From Camelus dromedarius (taxonomy: Eukaryota), in contig NC_087437.1 of assembly GCF_036321535.1 (NCBI RefSeq), positions 101,558,001 to 101,622,000 of the forward strand: a stretch of 64,000 bases of DNA, read 5' to 3'. The notes under the pieces are model-generated. The model saw only the letters and a program-made list of their open reading frames with translations, did not search any database and had not been told where the DNA came from. Positions 37,847 to 51,482 of the stretch are shown piece after piece (position 1 is the first letter of the stretch; each line of letters starts with the position of its first letter). Both the position numbers and the translations under genes were made by a program.

Positions 37847-38355
37847 TGTGATAGTATTAAAGTGTGTCCACTAATCCTTCAACATTTCTTCCTCAGAAAG
37901 TGCATCCCAAGCCCCTGCCCTTGTTGGGAACTGAACTTAGTGACTTGCTTATATAGAACAGTGTGTATCAGCAGTAGTGGTGTCACATCCAAGTGTACAT
38001 CGTAAAAGACCTGGATGCCTCTGTCATGCTCTCTCCCTGGGTTAACGCTCTCGGAGAATGCCAGCTGCCATGTTGTAAAGACACTCCAGCAGCCCAACGG
38101 GGAAACCTACATGGGAAGAAAGCCTTCTGCCGAAAGCCAAGTGAGTGAGCCTTCTTAAAAGCAGATCCCAGCAGACCTTTCAAATGACCGCAGACCCAGC
38201 TGATGTCTTGACCACAACCCCACAATGTACCCTGAGATAGAGAACCCAGTTAACCTGCTCTTGAATTCCTACCCTTCAACAATTGTTACATTGTTTGGTA
38301 TTTAAGCCTGTAGGTATTGGGGTAATTTGTTATCATGTGGTGGATAACTAATATA
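37847..38355 (+). mobile_element. MaLR solo LTR (MLT1F-like)
   Basis: 'gaacttagtgacttgctt', 'gccagctgccatgttgtaaagacactccagcagccc', 'ttcaaatgaccgcagacccagctga'; ends 'ggggtaatttgtta...ggataactaata'. Confidence 0.85.
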
Positions 38356-39189
38356 TTAAAGATATAATTTATTTAAAATAAGATGAATGATATTGGATTC
38401 AAAGAAATGACAGATATGAAATGTTTGATTCATACCAGGAACAAGGTAAGTATAATCACTTTTCTTTTTTTGGAATCATTTGCAAAGCTATGAAGGAAAA
38501 CTCTGTATGTATTAGGTGGAAGTGAAGTATTAAAAAATGATCCTTTAAGAGTTTAGTCTCTCAGTCTTTCGGATGAAGGAAGAGAATGGAGCAAGGGATA
38601 CCAGCAAGGGAACAAGAACAGCAACTGCAAAATGAAGCAATAATAGCTTTGTCTTCTGTAAATGTGGTTTTGATATAATGTGTTTGTACTACTAGTTCTG
38701 ATTCAGGAAAGATTTAGTAAGATAAGCTGCCGATAGCATGATATTTTCCAGAACATCCATACGGTAGACAGACTACATACTTCTTGCATGAAATTCATTT
38801 TAGGTTGAATCAGTTAATCAGAGCTCAGTGATAGTATATGTATACTTGTTATAAAACTAAGTGATGAAATAACTGGAAAAAAACATATTCATAATTGAAA
38901 GGTGATTTGTGATTTAATACTTATATTTATCATTTTTGCCAACAACTTTGTCTTCTATTTCTTATTTATCAATATATTAAAGATCGCACCATTGTCAATT
39001 ATTTCCTACCTAAATTTTTAAAGCATCCTCCCACTCTGTGATCACCTAGGATTGTATTGAGACAGTGCCTTTAACTGGTTATCATCACAAATATGTGTAA
39101 CTAGAAGACCATTTCCAAAAATTCCTCCAAAAAAGTTCCTCTTTGAATTCCTATATTAAACTTAGAGCATAAAAAGATTTGGGACATGA

Positions 39190-40225
39190 TTAAAAAGATC
39201 TAAAATCCAGAAGCAGAGTACAAGAGATTGTGATAAAAATATTTGAAGGAATGATGAGTAAAAATTACCCAAACCTGGTATTAAAAATCTGGATATTCAA
39301 GAATTTCAAGAAATCTAAGCAGGGAAACTCAAACAAAAACACATCTAAAAGCATTATAAGAAAATAAAATTATATACCACTAACACCTATGAACATAGAT
39401 ACAAAATCCTAAGCAAAATATTAGCAAAATGAATTGAATAATATATAAAAATATAATAAATTCATAATGCCCAAGAATTCTTATCCTAGAGATGCAGTTT
39501 GTTTTAACATTTGAAAGTCAATTGATTTTGTTCATGACAATAACAGAACAAAGTAGAAAATATATGATCACTCCAATAGATGAAGGAAAAGATTATGATA
39601 AAAATCTAAATGCTTCATTATTATATAAGCTTTCAACAAATTGAGAAGAAAACTTCTTCAGTCTTATCAGCACATTTACAAATAGCTTAAAGCTAGCATC
39701 ATAATAAATGCTGAAATACTGAACAGCATCTCTCAAAAAGAAGTACAACACAGGTTAAAGGCAAGGAAGTACACTACCACCATGTCTATGTAATGTTATA
39801 TTAGAGATGTTCGCCAGTGATATTAGCAAGTAAAATAAATAAAAGACATAATAATTTTAACAAAGTGCAATTTACCTTCTTTCATATAAGTATGAAATCA
39901 TATAGAATTTGAGAATATGTAGAATATCCAAAGGAATATACCAAGAAAGGATTAAAACTAGTATTTGAATTTGTCAACATAAGGTTAAATACAAAAACAC
40001 ATTGCATTTCTATATACTAGCAAGCTGGTATGCAAAAGGCCAAGGGTTAGCACATTAAAAGTTGCTTAAAATCATTATTAATGAAGGAAATGCAAACCAA
40101 CACAGCGGTGAAATACTACTACACCTCTACCAGAATAGCTAACACTAAAAATAATAATAAAAGAAAATAAAACTTGGGAAGTGTTAGGATGTAAGCACTT
40201 GGCAAATGTAGTATTAAAACTTGAA
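39190..40225 (+). mobile_element. Old, internally deleted L1M (ORF1 piece joined to ORF2 RT and C-terminal pieces)
   Basis: ORF1-like 'atatttgaaggaatgatgagtaaaaattacccaaacctgg' followed at ~39360 by RT-like 'ctatgaacatagatacaaaatcctaagcaaaatattagcaaa'; later 'aggaaatgcaaaccaacacagcggtgaaatactactacacc'. Confidence 0.75.
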
Positions 40226-40351
40226 AATTCTGCTCATTTGTGACTATTTTCTTATTGCTTCAGTTTCTTTAGTAGCTGTTAGTGTATTTTTGTATAACTC
40301 TTGTTATTCTTTTTTTTTTTTTTTCTCTTTTGCAAAAGTAGTCAACTTCCT

Positions 40352-40506
40352 CTAAGTTAGCAAACTTTCCCTGTAACGGGGCAGATAGAAATATTTTCGG
40401 CTTTGTGGATCCCACAGTCTGTCACAGCTACTCAACTCTACCATTGTAGTCCTAAAGCAGCCAGAGACAATATGTAAACAATGGATGTGTTCTAATAAAA
40501 CTGTAT
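40352..40506 (+). mobile_element. MER58A (hAT-Charlie), 5' part
   Basis: 'gcaaacttttccctgtaacggggcagatagaaatattttcggctttgtgg...ctactcaactctaccattgtag...aagcagccagagacaatatgtaaac...gttctaataaaact'. Confidence 0.88.
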
Positions 40507-41482
40507 CAAAAGAACAACCCAATCAAAAATGGGCAGAAGACCTAAATAAGCAATTCTGCAATGAAGACATACAAATGGCCAATAGGCACATGAAAAATTG
40601 CTCAATATCACTAATTATCACAGAAATGCAAAGCAAAACTATAGTGAGGTATCATCTCACACCAGTCAGAATGGTCACCATTCAAAAGTCACAAATGATA
40701 AATGGTGGAGAGGGTGTGGAGAAAATGGAATCCTCCTATACTGCTGGTGGGAATGTAGTTTGGTGCAGCCATAATGGAAAACAGTATGGAGATTCCTCAA
40801 AAAACTAAAAACACACTTACCATATGATCCAGAAATCCCACTCCTGGGCATATATCCAGAGGGAACTCTAATTTGAAAAGATACATGCACCCCAAAATTT
40901 ATAGCAGCACTATTTACAATAGCCAAGACATGGAAACAACCTAAATGTTCATCAACAGATGACTGGATAAAGAAGCTATGGCACATTTATACAATGGAAT
41001 ACCACTTGGTCATAAAAAAGAATAAAATAATGTCATTTGCAGCAATATGGATGGACCTAGAGATCATCATTCTAAGTGAAGTAAGCCAGAAAGAGAAAGA
41101 AAAATACCATATGATACTAGTCATATGTGGAATCTAGAAAAAAAAAAAAAAAAAAGACAGAAACGTACCTATTTACAAAACAGAAACAGAATCACAGAGA
41201 GAAAAGATAAAAAGCTCATGGTTACCAGAGGGGAGAGGGGATGGGAAGGGGTAACATGGGAGTTTCAGATTTGCAGATACTGACTTATATATATAAAATA
41301 GATATATAAGTTTATACTGTATAGCACAAGGAGCTATATTCAATATCTTGTAGTAAGCTATAATGAAAAAGAATATGAAAATGAATAGATGTATGTATAT
41401 GTATGGCTGAAACATTATGCTGTGCACCAGAAATTGACACAACATTGCAAACTGACTATACTACAATTAAAAAAAAAAAAAA
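40507..41482 (+). mobile_element. Young 5'-truncated L1 (ORF2 C-terminus, 3' UTR, poly(A)), camelid-type
   Basis: ORF 40485-40808 translates to L1 ORF2 C-terminal sequence ([11 protein letters not shown]...[31 protein letters not shown]) and then frameshifts; 3' UTR ends in an A tail at ~41469-41482. Confidence 0.96.
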
Positions 41483-41532
41483 GCAGATATAAGGCTGGAT
41501 TTGATACATGGGCCACAGTTTGCCAATGCCTG
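41483..41532 (+). mobile_element. MER58A, 3' part (after the L1 insertion)
   Basis: 'ggctggatttgatacatgggccacagtttgccaatgcctg' matches the recalled MER58A 3' terminus. Confidence 0.85.
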
Positions 41533-41559
41533 TTTTAGGTCTTCAGACTTATTGTTACC

Positions 41560-41790
41560 TCTCTCTTATCTTTGTGTCTTTTGCTTTGTCATATCTAGTC
41601 TTGTATGTGTGTGGACCTGTTCTGTAAATATTTTGTGATCAAGTTTGAAAGAGGTTTGTATAGTTTATTCATCTTTAAAAAGTTAGCATTTGGTTTGATA
41701 ATAGTCCCAATTATTTTAATGTTTTCAAATTTATGATTTTTTAAGATCATTTTTATAGATTCTTTTCATATTCATTTGGATTTTAAGATT
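41560..41790 (-). mobile_element. Old L1M fragment
   Basis: 'tgatcaagtttgaaagaggtttgtatagtttattcatctttaaaaag' resembles antisense L1 ORF2. Confidence 0.45.
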
Positions 41791-43799
41791 CTAATTAATA
41801 CTTTTAAGGTTATATATTACTTCACAATACTTTCCTTGTTACATTGCTCAAATTTTGATTTGTATTATTTTAAGTGTTATCATTCAATAATATTTACAAT
41901 AGAAAAACTGGACTGTGTATTTCCACAAGGACAGAAAAAGCTTTGTTTCTATATTTATGGTAGTGTGATTATTTTTTCTTTTAAATGTTGCATAGTTTTG
42001 ACATTTCACTGAGGCATCCTTAATCTTAAGTGTGTCACTGTTAGCTATGTGAAAGGTCTATAGCTTGGCTTTATGCTTATTTAAAAAGGTGATTGAAATA
42101 TACTGTCCTCTAGGGTCAGGGCTTCACTAATTAGGCAGAAACATCTGGTCTCCCTCAAGGGTCTATGTTAAATGGTTTAATATTAATTTTGTATGTTAAT
42201 GATTTGGAACCCTTTAATTTTATGAAGGCAGCAGGGTTATTATTTTTGCCAATGACCCACATTACATGAAAAAGTCGCCACAAATTAATTTTTTTTGTAA
42301 TAGGACACTGACATAATACAAATCTAACTAGAAGGTGGCTATCAAAGTTTTAAAATTTAATACAATAATTATTGTTTAATCAGTAAAGAATATTCTTCAT
42401 TGGAGAGCCAATCAATTAATTATACAATTTGAATCAGCAATGCCAGGATGTTTATTTTATCAAGATAAATATAAAATTGCACTCAAGAAGGGAATTTTAA
42501 AATATATCTATTCTACAACAATAAACCAGCAGAATTGGAGTTTTTCCAAAATATTTAATATTGGCTATATAATTACATTGATGAGTTTTTTAAAGCCAAT
42601 ATTTTAGGAATGGCTATAAATGGTTCAGAATATGCTTTAACCTATAAGGAACTATGGCAAGATAATTACTGGGCTAAATATTAAATTGCAGTTTGGAATA
42701 TTTATTCTTGAATAAAAACTGCTCTAGGATTGTTTTATGTCTGTCAACAAAATTTGCTTAGAAGCTTTCAAGATCATCTTTAGAATGATATAGAAGTCTA
42801 TTTTTAGTGTAAATATATGCTTATAACACTGCCTTGTGTTATTAGAACCATGATTAAGTTGAATATAATAATCTCTTTAACCCTGCCTCCTATGAATCAT
42901 TCACATATGCAAAATGTTAAATTTGCTTGAAGTCATTTTTCTGAGTTTTCTTACATTTTGTTCCTATTAGGTATAATTTATTACCTGCTGAATCTCCAGG
43001 CCTCCTTAAGATCAAGACCATAGAAATTTCACATCCGTTCTGCCACATCTGGCACAGTTTTAAGTTTTGGGGTCATCTTTCCTTTTTCTCCTTTGACTCC
43101 TCTCTAATTTGTATGTAGCCAATAAATTTTCATGATTCCATGTACCTTAGTGGCTCCTGAGGAGAAATTTAGTATCTTTTATCTAGCATTCTCTTGTATT
43201 CTGAAGCAAGGTGTGGTTGCTTTTGCTATTGAAATTTTTCTTTATATAAATTTTCACAGTATTTAGCAACTCTAATCTTATGGTGGATGCAGCCAATATA
43301 GAGTACTGAAATAAAGAAAAGCCATGATGTGTCTTCTTCTCATATAAACATGTCATATGTCAGGGATGTTTCCAACCCTTACCAATTTCCAATCTTAAAT
43401 TAAACCTGGAATCTGGCACAATATTTCTTGACTACCTCGTTCTTAAAATCTTAGTAGATACTCTAGCCCATCAGGTACATGATTTTTCTAACACCTAACC
43501 TTAGCATGCAGGTTATGTTGTGTTTTTTTTCCCCTGAAATAACTACAACAAACTCATGATAACCTCACTCCAGCATTGTCATATAACTCTACATTTTCAA
43601 AACTATGCCTCTGAATATTCGGGGGGAAAAAATCAGAGTTGTCATGCTCCTTATAGCTCTCTTGTGGCTAAAATGGTTTAAATATATAATATATGAGTTA
43701 AATAAAATTTTATAGCAAGTCTAAAGATAATTAAAATTAGGTTTTGGTGGATTTCCACATGAACTTTTATTTTTAAAGTATAATTAAGGAATATATTTG

Positions 43800-44200
43800 G
43801 TACAGAAAGGTTTTCTGAGAAAGAGTAGCTGAGGCAAAAGCTTATGGGTTAGAGTTTTATCTGGTAATGCAATGCCCTCTAAGCTAGAGTGAAGAAAAGG
43901 GAAAGAGGCAGCAAAGGACAGAGAGCAAATACCAGAAGGTATATTTTACCCAGCCAGCTGTGGTTCTCAAAACACAGCTGACTGCTCCATCTTGGGGACT
44001 TCTGATAGTCCAAAGTAGAACCATCACATCTTGCATCTTTCCTTAGGATGCTGGAGGGAGAATTGCAACAAACTGAAAGACATTTACTTATTGATCAGTC
44101 CCTTCTCCTCCCTCTCCCTGCATAGTCCTCATCACTCCTGCAATTCTGACCTGTGGTAACTGGACCCACCAAGCTATCTCAGGAAGAAGCCAGAACCCTG
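43800..44200 (-). mobile_element. ERVL LTR remnant (LTR16-like)
   Basis: 'ggttttctgagaaagagtagctgaggcaaaagcttatgggttagagttttatctgg...gagagcaaatacc...ggtatattttacc'. Confidence 0.55.
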
Positions 44201-44253
44201 ACCAATTCATCTAACCTCACAGTGGTCTCTCTGGGTCAGGCTTCGTATATGAG

Positions 44254-44742
44254 TCTGTTAGTTATCTACCGTGTTGTAAATCATCCTCAAACTTACAGGC
44301 TTAAAACAACAAATTTGTATTATCCCAGCTCCGGGGTTCAGGAAGCTATAAACAACTTAGCCTGAGTACTTCTGGGTCTGGGGCACTCACAAGTTGTAGT
44401 CTATCTGTTGGCTGGGGCTGCATTCATCTCAGCTGGAGGAGGATCCTTTTCCAAGCTTACTCACATGGCGTTGGCAGGGCATGGGTCCTCACCAGCTGTT
44501 GGCCAGAGATGTAAGTTTCTGGCCACATGAGGTTCTCCATGGAACATCTCACAATATGTCAAGCAGCTTTCCTCAGAGATACCCCAACAAAGTCAGAGCA
44601 TTCCTTTAACCTGATCTTGGAGATGACATCCCATCAGTTTTGTTCTGTTCTGGTCACCAGGTTCAGTCCACACTCAAAGGAAGGGGAATACACAAGGGCA
44701 TAATACCAGGTTGTGGGCATCATTGTGCTTATTGTCGAGGCT
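44254..44742 (-). mobile_element. MaLR solo LTR (MLT1F/H-like)
   Basis: 'caaacttacaggcttaaaacaacaaat', 'tgttggctggggctgcattcatctc', 'ccaagcttactcacatggc', 'cagtccacactcaaaggaagggg'. Confidence 0.85.
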
Positions 44743-47700
44743 ATTTTATTATATATTTTAATACATAGTAGTAATTATGAGCCATACTTAAAGCAACATT
44801 TAAATGTATTCCTTTACCTTCATTAAATGCATGTGTTGCTTCTCTTCCTATATTTTCTTCCCTGCAATTTTAGCAACAAGAGATTCTAATAATGAGGGGA
44901 AATAGATTAAGGTCACATTGGGGAGGTTCTTAAATTCGTATAAGGAGCTTGTGCACTAATCTGGAAAGGACAGAAATGCACTAACAATTTTGCAATGGGA
45001 AAATATATAAATTATTTTGCATTTATAGGGAAGTGATGGCATAGGGCCAGAGATGTGGAAAAGTTTGATGTTTTACTTGGAAGCTAGTGAAAGTTGATGT
45101 TATGGCAAAACTTTTCCTCAAGCATGTTGTTTTTAAATATTCAAATTTCTTGGTTTCTAAATTTTTATATTTTCAACGGATTTACATGTGATTAACACAT
45201 TCTTTTCAATATGAAAGACATTGAGATTTTGAATGAGTGATTTTCCATAATGTGAAAAATTAGACTTAAATTACCTCATTCTTTAAGAGTTTCCTCAAAG
45301 CTGAAATTCATCAATAATTCTGTTCATACTGTTTGATTACATTGTTTGTCATTGAGTATACAAAATATAGAGAAAATAACATAAAACTATGTTACCATAT
45401 TTGTGGCATGTTACATTTTTTGATTGGGTTAAAAAAGCCATGGCTTGGTTTCTTCAAATTTCAAGATGTCTTTCTTTGTTTTCCTAGTTTGGTAAATTAT
45501 ATGTTCTTGATCAGTTGTTAAAAGTTTGCCATTATGACGATAGTTTGATTCTTGAATGAGGCTAATAAAAAGCACCTTTTTCCCCACTCAAGTGATGATC
45601 TAATTGAGAAATAAATGAAAGTGCGAGGAAATACAAACTAAAATATGATCATTATTACTGAAAATATTGATATGATAGATTGTAGCTTGCATTTATGCTC
45701 TTGAGTGTTCCCCAATTTCTCCAAAATTAGGCAATCATAATGATTTAGTCATCAGCAGAGCTGGAAGACTATATGCTCATATAACCAAGCTTACTTATAG
45801 CTGAAAGAAATTTAGAATACAGACTCAATGCAGCTAGGACAGATCACAATCAGAAAAGTAAGGAGCAGAAATATGCAAACCCAACTCCTACCTCACCCCA
45901 AATTCAGCAGTTAGCTGGATCATTCTTCCAGTGGGTGAGATGGTGGTGGGACTTCAGCCAAAGGCTGTAAGAACACAGGTAAAGAGACTTAGAGGATGAA
46001 TAATACAAGCATTTATTAAAGGCAAATGAATACACTTCAATGTTGCATCAAGTATGGCTCATAAGCAATCATGTTTATTGATAAAATATATGATAAAGTA
46101 GCTATTGATTTTGAGGAAACCAAAACACCATCTAAATTAAAAGATCACAAGTGTTTATTAAGGTATGCTTTTGGAGAAATCTCAGTGAAAGTGACAAATT
46201 TATGTTACATTATTCTAACACATTCTATGCTTTTCTCGTTTATTCTCTTTGAACTGTTGGCATCTATGTATTACTCAAACTAACAGAACTGAAAAAAAAA
46301 AATGGGCTTACTGACGAACAAGGGATTACCTGCAACAGATTAGTATTTTATGGCTCACCAAGTCTTTATGAAACTTGGAAATTAATAACAACTTACTGTA
46401 TAGAAGTAAAGAAGTTGGCTAAAGAAAATTTTAGATTACTATTGTAAAATATAAGCCCCAACAACCTTATATTTTTAAAATATTAAACCATGTAACAACT
46501 GTGTTTTTCCTGCATTAATGTAACCACCTGGTGGCACTGTTGATTAACTTGGAAAAAAAATCTAAATTTTTGATAAATCCTTTTAAAGAACATATTTTCT
46601 ATACTAAACATGCAGATCGTTTATGATTCCAGTTGCTATTGCGTTATTTAGTGTATCAATGCTGGATGGCTGTTGCTAGAAAAATGGATTAAAAATTCTT
46701 TGCAAAAAATGTAAATGTAAAATAGATCCTATTGAATATTTATGGCTGCTAAATTCAAGGACTTCCAAATGGATGTGCCTAATATTAAAAAGAGAACTGA
46801 AGATATTTATAAAGATAAAGATGGTGTACTTATTATTTCTACAGTTAATAGGAGAAATCTTTCTAAATGGAATTTATTTATTAAAATAAAATTTAAGACA
46901 AAATATGTCTCATTTTCATTGGTAGTCACATTCATGCCTTTGTTTTAGGTAATTTGTTGAGATTACCACTACTGCCTGAGAGAGTGATATTGGCATCTCA
47001 AACATAATCCTCCATATAATTCATTCATCTGTAAGATTCCACTGCAAATTCATTCACAACTTGGTTGTATTCCAACTGTGAATTTAAAGGATTGTGATGA
47101 ACCACAGCAGCACTTAATCTTTTGCCTCATAAATTATAAAATCTTTGGAAATTTTAAAGTGTAAAGTTATATGGAGGATGCACTGATAAATCAGGAAATC
47201 TTCAATCAAACTATACTTTGTGAAAGCAGAAAGAGACAGAATTCCACTTTACTGAGACACCTTGGAATCATTTGAGAGATGGATGAGATGTATCTTAAAA
47301 TGCTGAGGAAAAAATGTCTTAAAATATGATTTGAAAGTAACTGAGCTCTTAGCCAGAGGCAAGAGACGATTATCTTACATTAATAAAAACCAAAACATAG
47401 TGGTCACTTATATTGCCAGCGTTATCACATACCAATAATTTTCTACCTTGAGAATTAAAATTCCAGATTTTACCTATTTGTTCAAAATCTTTTGGAATCA
47501 GATATTCCCTTATAGTCATCATAACAGCATTGATAGAAACTATTCAAATGATTATCATTCAGTTATTTTAAAAGATTGATATTTAAAATGTAATCTTATG
47601 CAATCAATGGTTTCTGAAAAGATGCAATTCATTAATATATGCCATGTGTATAAATATGCTTTTGTAAATATTAACCATTTTGCATGATACAGTTTTGATA

Positions 47701-47848
47701 ACGGTAAAGAAAGAGTATCTGATAAGATGTTGTATGATAGATAATGCTATCAAATATTCTAAGAAGAATTATAGTAAGTGAAAATAAGTGACTCTCCTTA
47801 CTAAGAAACATGGAGTATTTTCATGTATGCTCATATAGTGTGCCTACA

Positions 47849-48323
47849 TGTAACCGAGCAGGACCCTGTGGGGCCTTCCCGGGTAAGACCCCCTCCCTCA
47901 TATCCTCTACTGTAGCTCCTCTCTGAAGCACCCAGATAATAGTATCTCATGGATATTTCCTGAGTTTTTCAGATGCTTAAAACCACACCAAGGGGAAGAA
48001 ATTAACTACTTGATGATCGAGAACACATAAACCCAGACCTTCTGGCACCAAAGGGTTGATAGTGTTGACCACCCTGGTACCTCAACAACAGCCAATCAGA
48101 GAATTGTGCAGAAGCTGATCATGCACCCTGCAGCCCCCTCCCTCACCTGGCCTTTAAATAGGGCTTGCTGAAACCCTTCCAGGAGTTCTGGGATTTCTTG
48201 GGCATTAGCCATCCCATCCTCCTTGCTTGGCCCTGCCATAAACCTTCCTCTGCTCCAAACTTTGATGTTTCAGTTTGTTTGGCCTCATGGTATGACAGGC
48301 ACATGAACTTGCCCTTGGTAACA
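47849..48323 (+). mobile_element. ERV1-class solo LTR
   Basis: TGTAAC...GGTAACA termini; flanks taca/tata (4-bp TSD, 1 mismatch); CCAAT 48092-48096; TATA-like tttaaata 48153-48160; variant poly(A) signal cataaa ~48237. Confidence 0.92.
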
Positions 48324-51300
48324 TATAGACAGCTAAGATCAGAATGAAATATTTAGGTTATATTTTACCTTGTCTTTGGGTCCTGAAGAAATTCTGAAGA
48401 CACAGGGAAGGAAGAGAAGCTTATATTAAGAACATTTATTCTGTACAAATTCTTACAGTGATGTGAGTATGAATAAATCCAAGGAAAACTGGAATTATGC
48501 CTAGAGTTTCTAAATCTCCCTACACACACACAAACACACACACTACAGAAGTTAGAGATAGAAGCATGTATGGTGATTCTGAACCCATTTCTGTTCTTTC
48601 TTATAGTTCATTAATATACATATATAGAGAGGGTTTTTTTCACTTTAAAATAAGGTTACAATTGTAAGTTTATTGTACACTTTGGCCTATAAGTTTATTT
48701 CTTGAGCCACACAGGATTGTGAGTATTTGTTCCACTATGACTGTCACTGTGCACCATGCCTTCCTATACTGACTGTTCTTGGGCACACATATCCTGCCCT
48801 CCTCAGGAGATATATCCACGTGTTAAGGGATGTCACTCTTTCATGTTGTCTAGTAACCAGCTTCAGGAAACCTGTTTATAAAATCACAAGTAGACCATAA
48901 CTGTAATAGGATCCAGACATAATAACAGGAGAAATCTTTATAGAAAACCTGAAGCTTAGTCAGATGTTGCCCGGTGAACATCTAATAAAAACAAAGATAG
49001 TTCAACAATCTTATGTAATATTGTTTTTATTCAAGATAATTTGATGCATTTATTTCATACTCAAAACAGCTTTGCCAATGGTTCACACTATTCCAAGTTG
49101 GTGAGACAAGCTTTATTGCAGTTACAAAGGATGTGGATGGGCAGGGGAGCACCTTCTAATTCTTGCTTTCTCAGTCGATAACTTTTTCCTCACTTCATAA
49201 AAATACAATTACTTTAGTCATTCTTAATGCTTAAGGATTCCATTTATTTCTTCTCTCTGATTACTGATCTGATGTATTGTGCAGTATAACCTAGGGAAAT
49301 CATATTTTACACTTCGATGCCCCCTTAGGAATTATGCCCAGACATTGGCTATGCTATAAACAGCGTGCAACACTGTGCACGGTGCACAAAATCTGGTTGA
49401 CAAGGAAACTTCCGAGATACATCACACTTAACTGCAATTTTTTTTCACCAATGATTTTGTTAGTGTTAAGACATATTTTGTAAAGATTAACAGTGGGAAG
49501 TGCTTGCTAATGAAATCAATAGATTATAGGCTCATTTAAATGCCTGCAACAGACCTCTATGATTGTTCCTGTTTCACGTCCCTCCATTTTCCAGATTAGA
49601 GAAAGCAGTGCAGAATCAGCCATGACCGTCTCCTGCCCCTTACATTTCAATGGACTGCTGAATTAACCATAAACCCGTACCTCTCCTGCCTGCCTCATAC
49701 ACAGTTCTTGCTACAGATACTCTTCATATAGACAACTGCAGTCAATTTTAACCAGTAATTTTTTCTGTGCCCTTGGCCTTTTTTTCCTACCTCCATATTT
49801 TCTCTTTCAATTGTTCCAAGCTGGAAGGCCTTAGTTTTCTTTTCTCTCTATTGAAATCAATGATTGTAGGAGACAATAACTGGTTTTGAATCTTAGGCAA
49901 TTTTAGAAAGAAATGCTTTTGACTAGATCTGATGATAATATGATGCTTGTAATGGATAAAAATACCTCTGCCAACTTTCTTTTTTACAAAGAAGTCTTAG
50001 TTTCCTAAATTATCTACTATTCAAATTTCCCTGACAAATTTTGTAAAAGTACACAGCAAAAGAATATCATCTTACTGAGGAAAAAAAACCAAATCACATA
50101 GAAGACTATATTGAGTCTTCCACTCATATTTCACAACCCCTGTTTTCTATTCGGCAAACTTTCCCAACATACTTTTATCATATTGTGATTTTTTCAGAAT
50201 TTAACTTTTACTACATCTATGTGCTTGTATGTTATCACTTTAGAGAACATTATTTATCAGTAATCTTATAATAATTGTCAGTAACTATTACTGAATAAGC
50301 ACAAATGAATGTAGAACCTCTGTATGAATATTTAGTTGAATCTCATGCTCAATATGCTAATATTTTATTCTTTTCAAAACTAATACGTTCAGCTTGAGCC
50401 CAGGAAATAGCATAACTTACACGGCTATTAAATGTTAATCCTAAATCAAATTTACTGCATTCAGAACCTAAATTCATGAAACTGCTTATTTTTCTAGCTA
50501 CTTTAAGTTAACGTTCAGGCAAGGAAATGCTGTGGTTTTATGGTTATCAACCCACTCAAGCAATACAGACTTAAGAGATTTCCCTGTTGAAGAGTCCTGG
50601 AGCTGTGACTTTATTAAATTAAACATAGTTCATGGCAATTAGCCATGGAAGTTTCCTTCAGGCCACTCTTCTGATCATGGAGAAATGTGACACAAATGGC
50701 TGGAATTCCACCAGTTGAGCTGCCACTTCCCTGCAAAGTCTCTTCTCTCCAGCGTTTACCTACTCTGTCTCAGAGTAGGTTCCCAGATTTTTATTACTGT
50801 TTCTTTCTACTTTGTCAGTCTTAGATGAGCAAAACATCCATTAACTGAACTTTGTATCTTAGTTTTTGTTATTGCTTTAACTACTTGTCCTGGTACAGTT
50901 TGCCAATGGCCATATCCACACAAATGGAAATGAAGATCTAAACCCTATGGTTTAACTTTATCAGGAAACATGAACTGTAATACTGATCAGTAATTATTAT
51001 CTGATCATTCCTGTTTCATCCTGGCAGAAAACTTTTTTTACTTGCTTTTGTACTTTTCAATTTAACTTCAACAACATTTAAATTAGATTTTGGTAATGGC
51101 GGCTTGTTGATTTCACAACTGCTACCAAAATGACAGAATCTCTCTACCCTGTGTTCACATTGCACTGTTTTATTCTTCCAGCCTCTATGCATTGGTACCT
51201 GTTCCTTTTTTCTCCCTAGACTTCTTTCTAGAGGCATTTCCAAGACAGGAGTATATCCTGTACTCACTATACATAAGTCTATCTTGTTAAGTGATTTTTT

Positions 51301-51374
51301 AATTAAATTTATTATTATTATTATTGCACTAATCATCCAGGGAACCATGTCTCATTTGCCATCAATGTCGCCTG

Positions 51375-51482
51375 TCTCTCACTGAATGTAAAGTGAATGA
51401 GAACAAATCCTCATCCGTTATGTTCTCCAGGAAAGAAAGCCTGGTACAAAGTAGGTTATGCGCAAATTATCTATTAAATACA
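51375..51482 (+). mobile_element. L2 3' end
   Basis: 'ctcactgaatgtaaagtgaatgagaaca...gcctggtacaaagtagg...aaattatctattaaata'. Confidence 0.6.

Noticed and set aside
37517..38005. Longest ORF (162 aa)
   Set aside because: TTG start, no recognisable domain, and it runs from unique DNA into an MLT1F LTR; chance ORF.
38380..38452. Strong donor AAG/GTAAGT (also isolated donors near 10559 and 56403)
   Set aside because: No matching strong acceptor or recognisable coding frame; isolated splice-like motifs are expected by chance in 64 kb.
40485..40986. ORFs with clear protein similarity
   Set aside because: Frameshifted, 5'-truncated L1 ORF2 C-terminus and its antisense; not a host gene and not an active L1.
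7176..48323. Endogenous provirus or gag/pol/env genes between LTRs
   Set aside because: Each LTR has its own TSD, related pairs are in opposite orientation, and I see no PBS or retroviral ORFs; all are solo LTRs.
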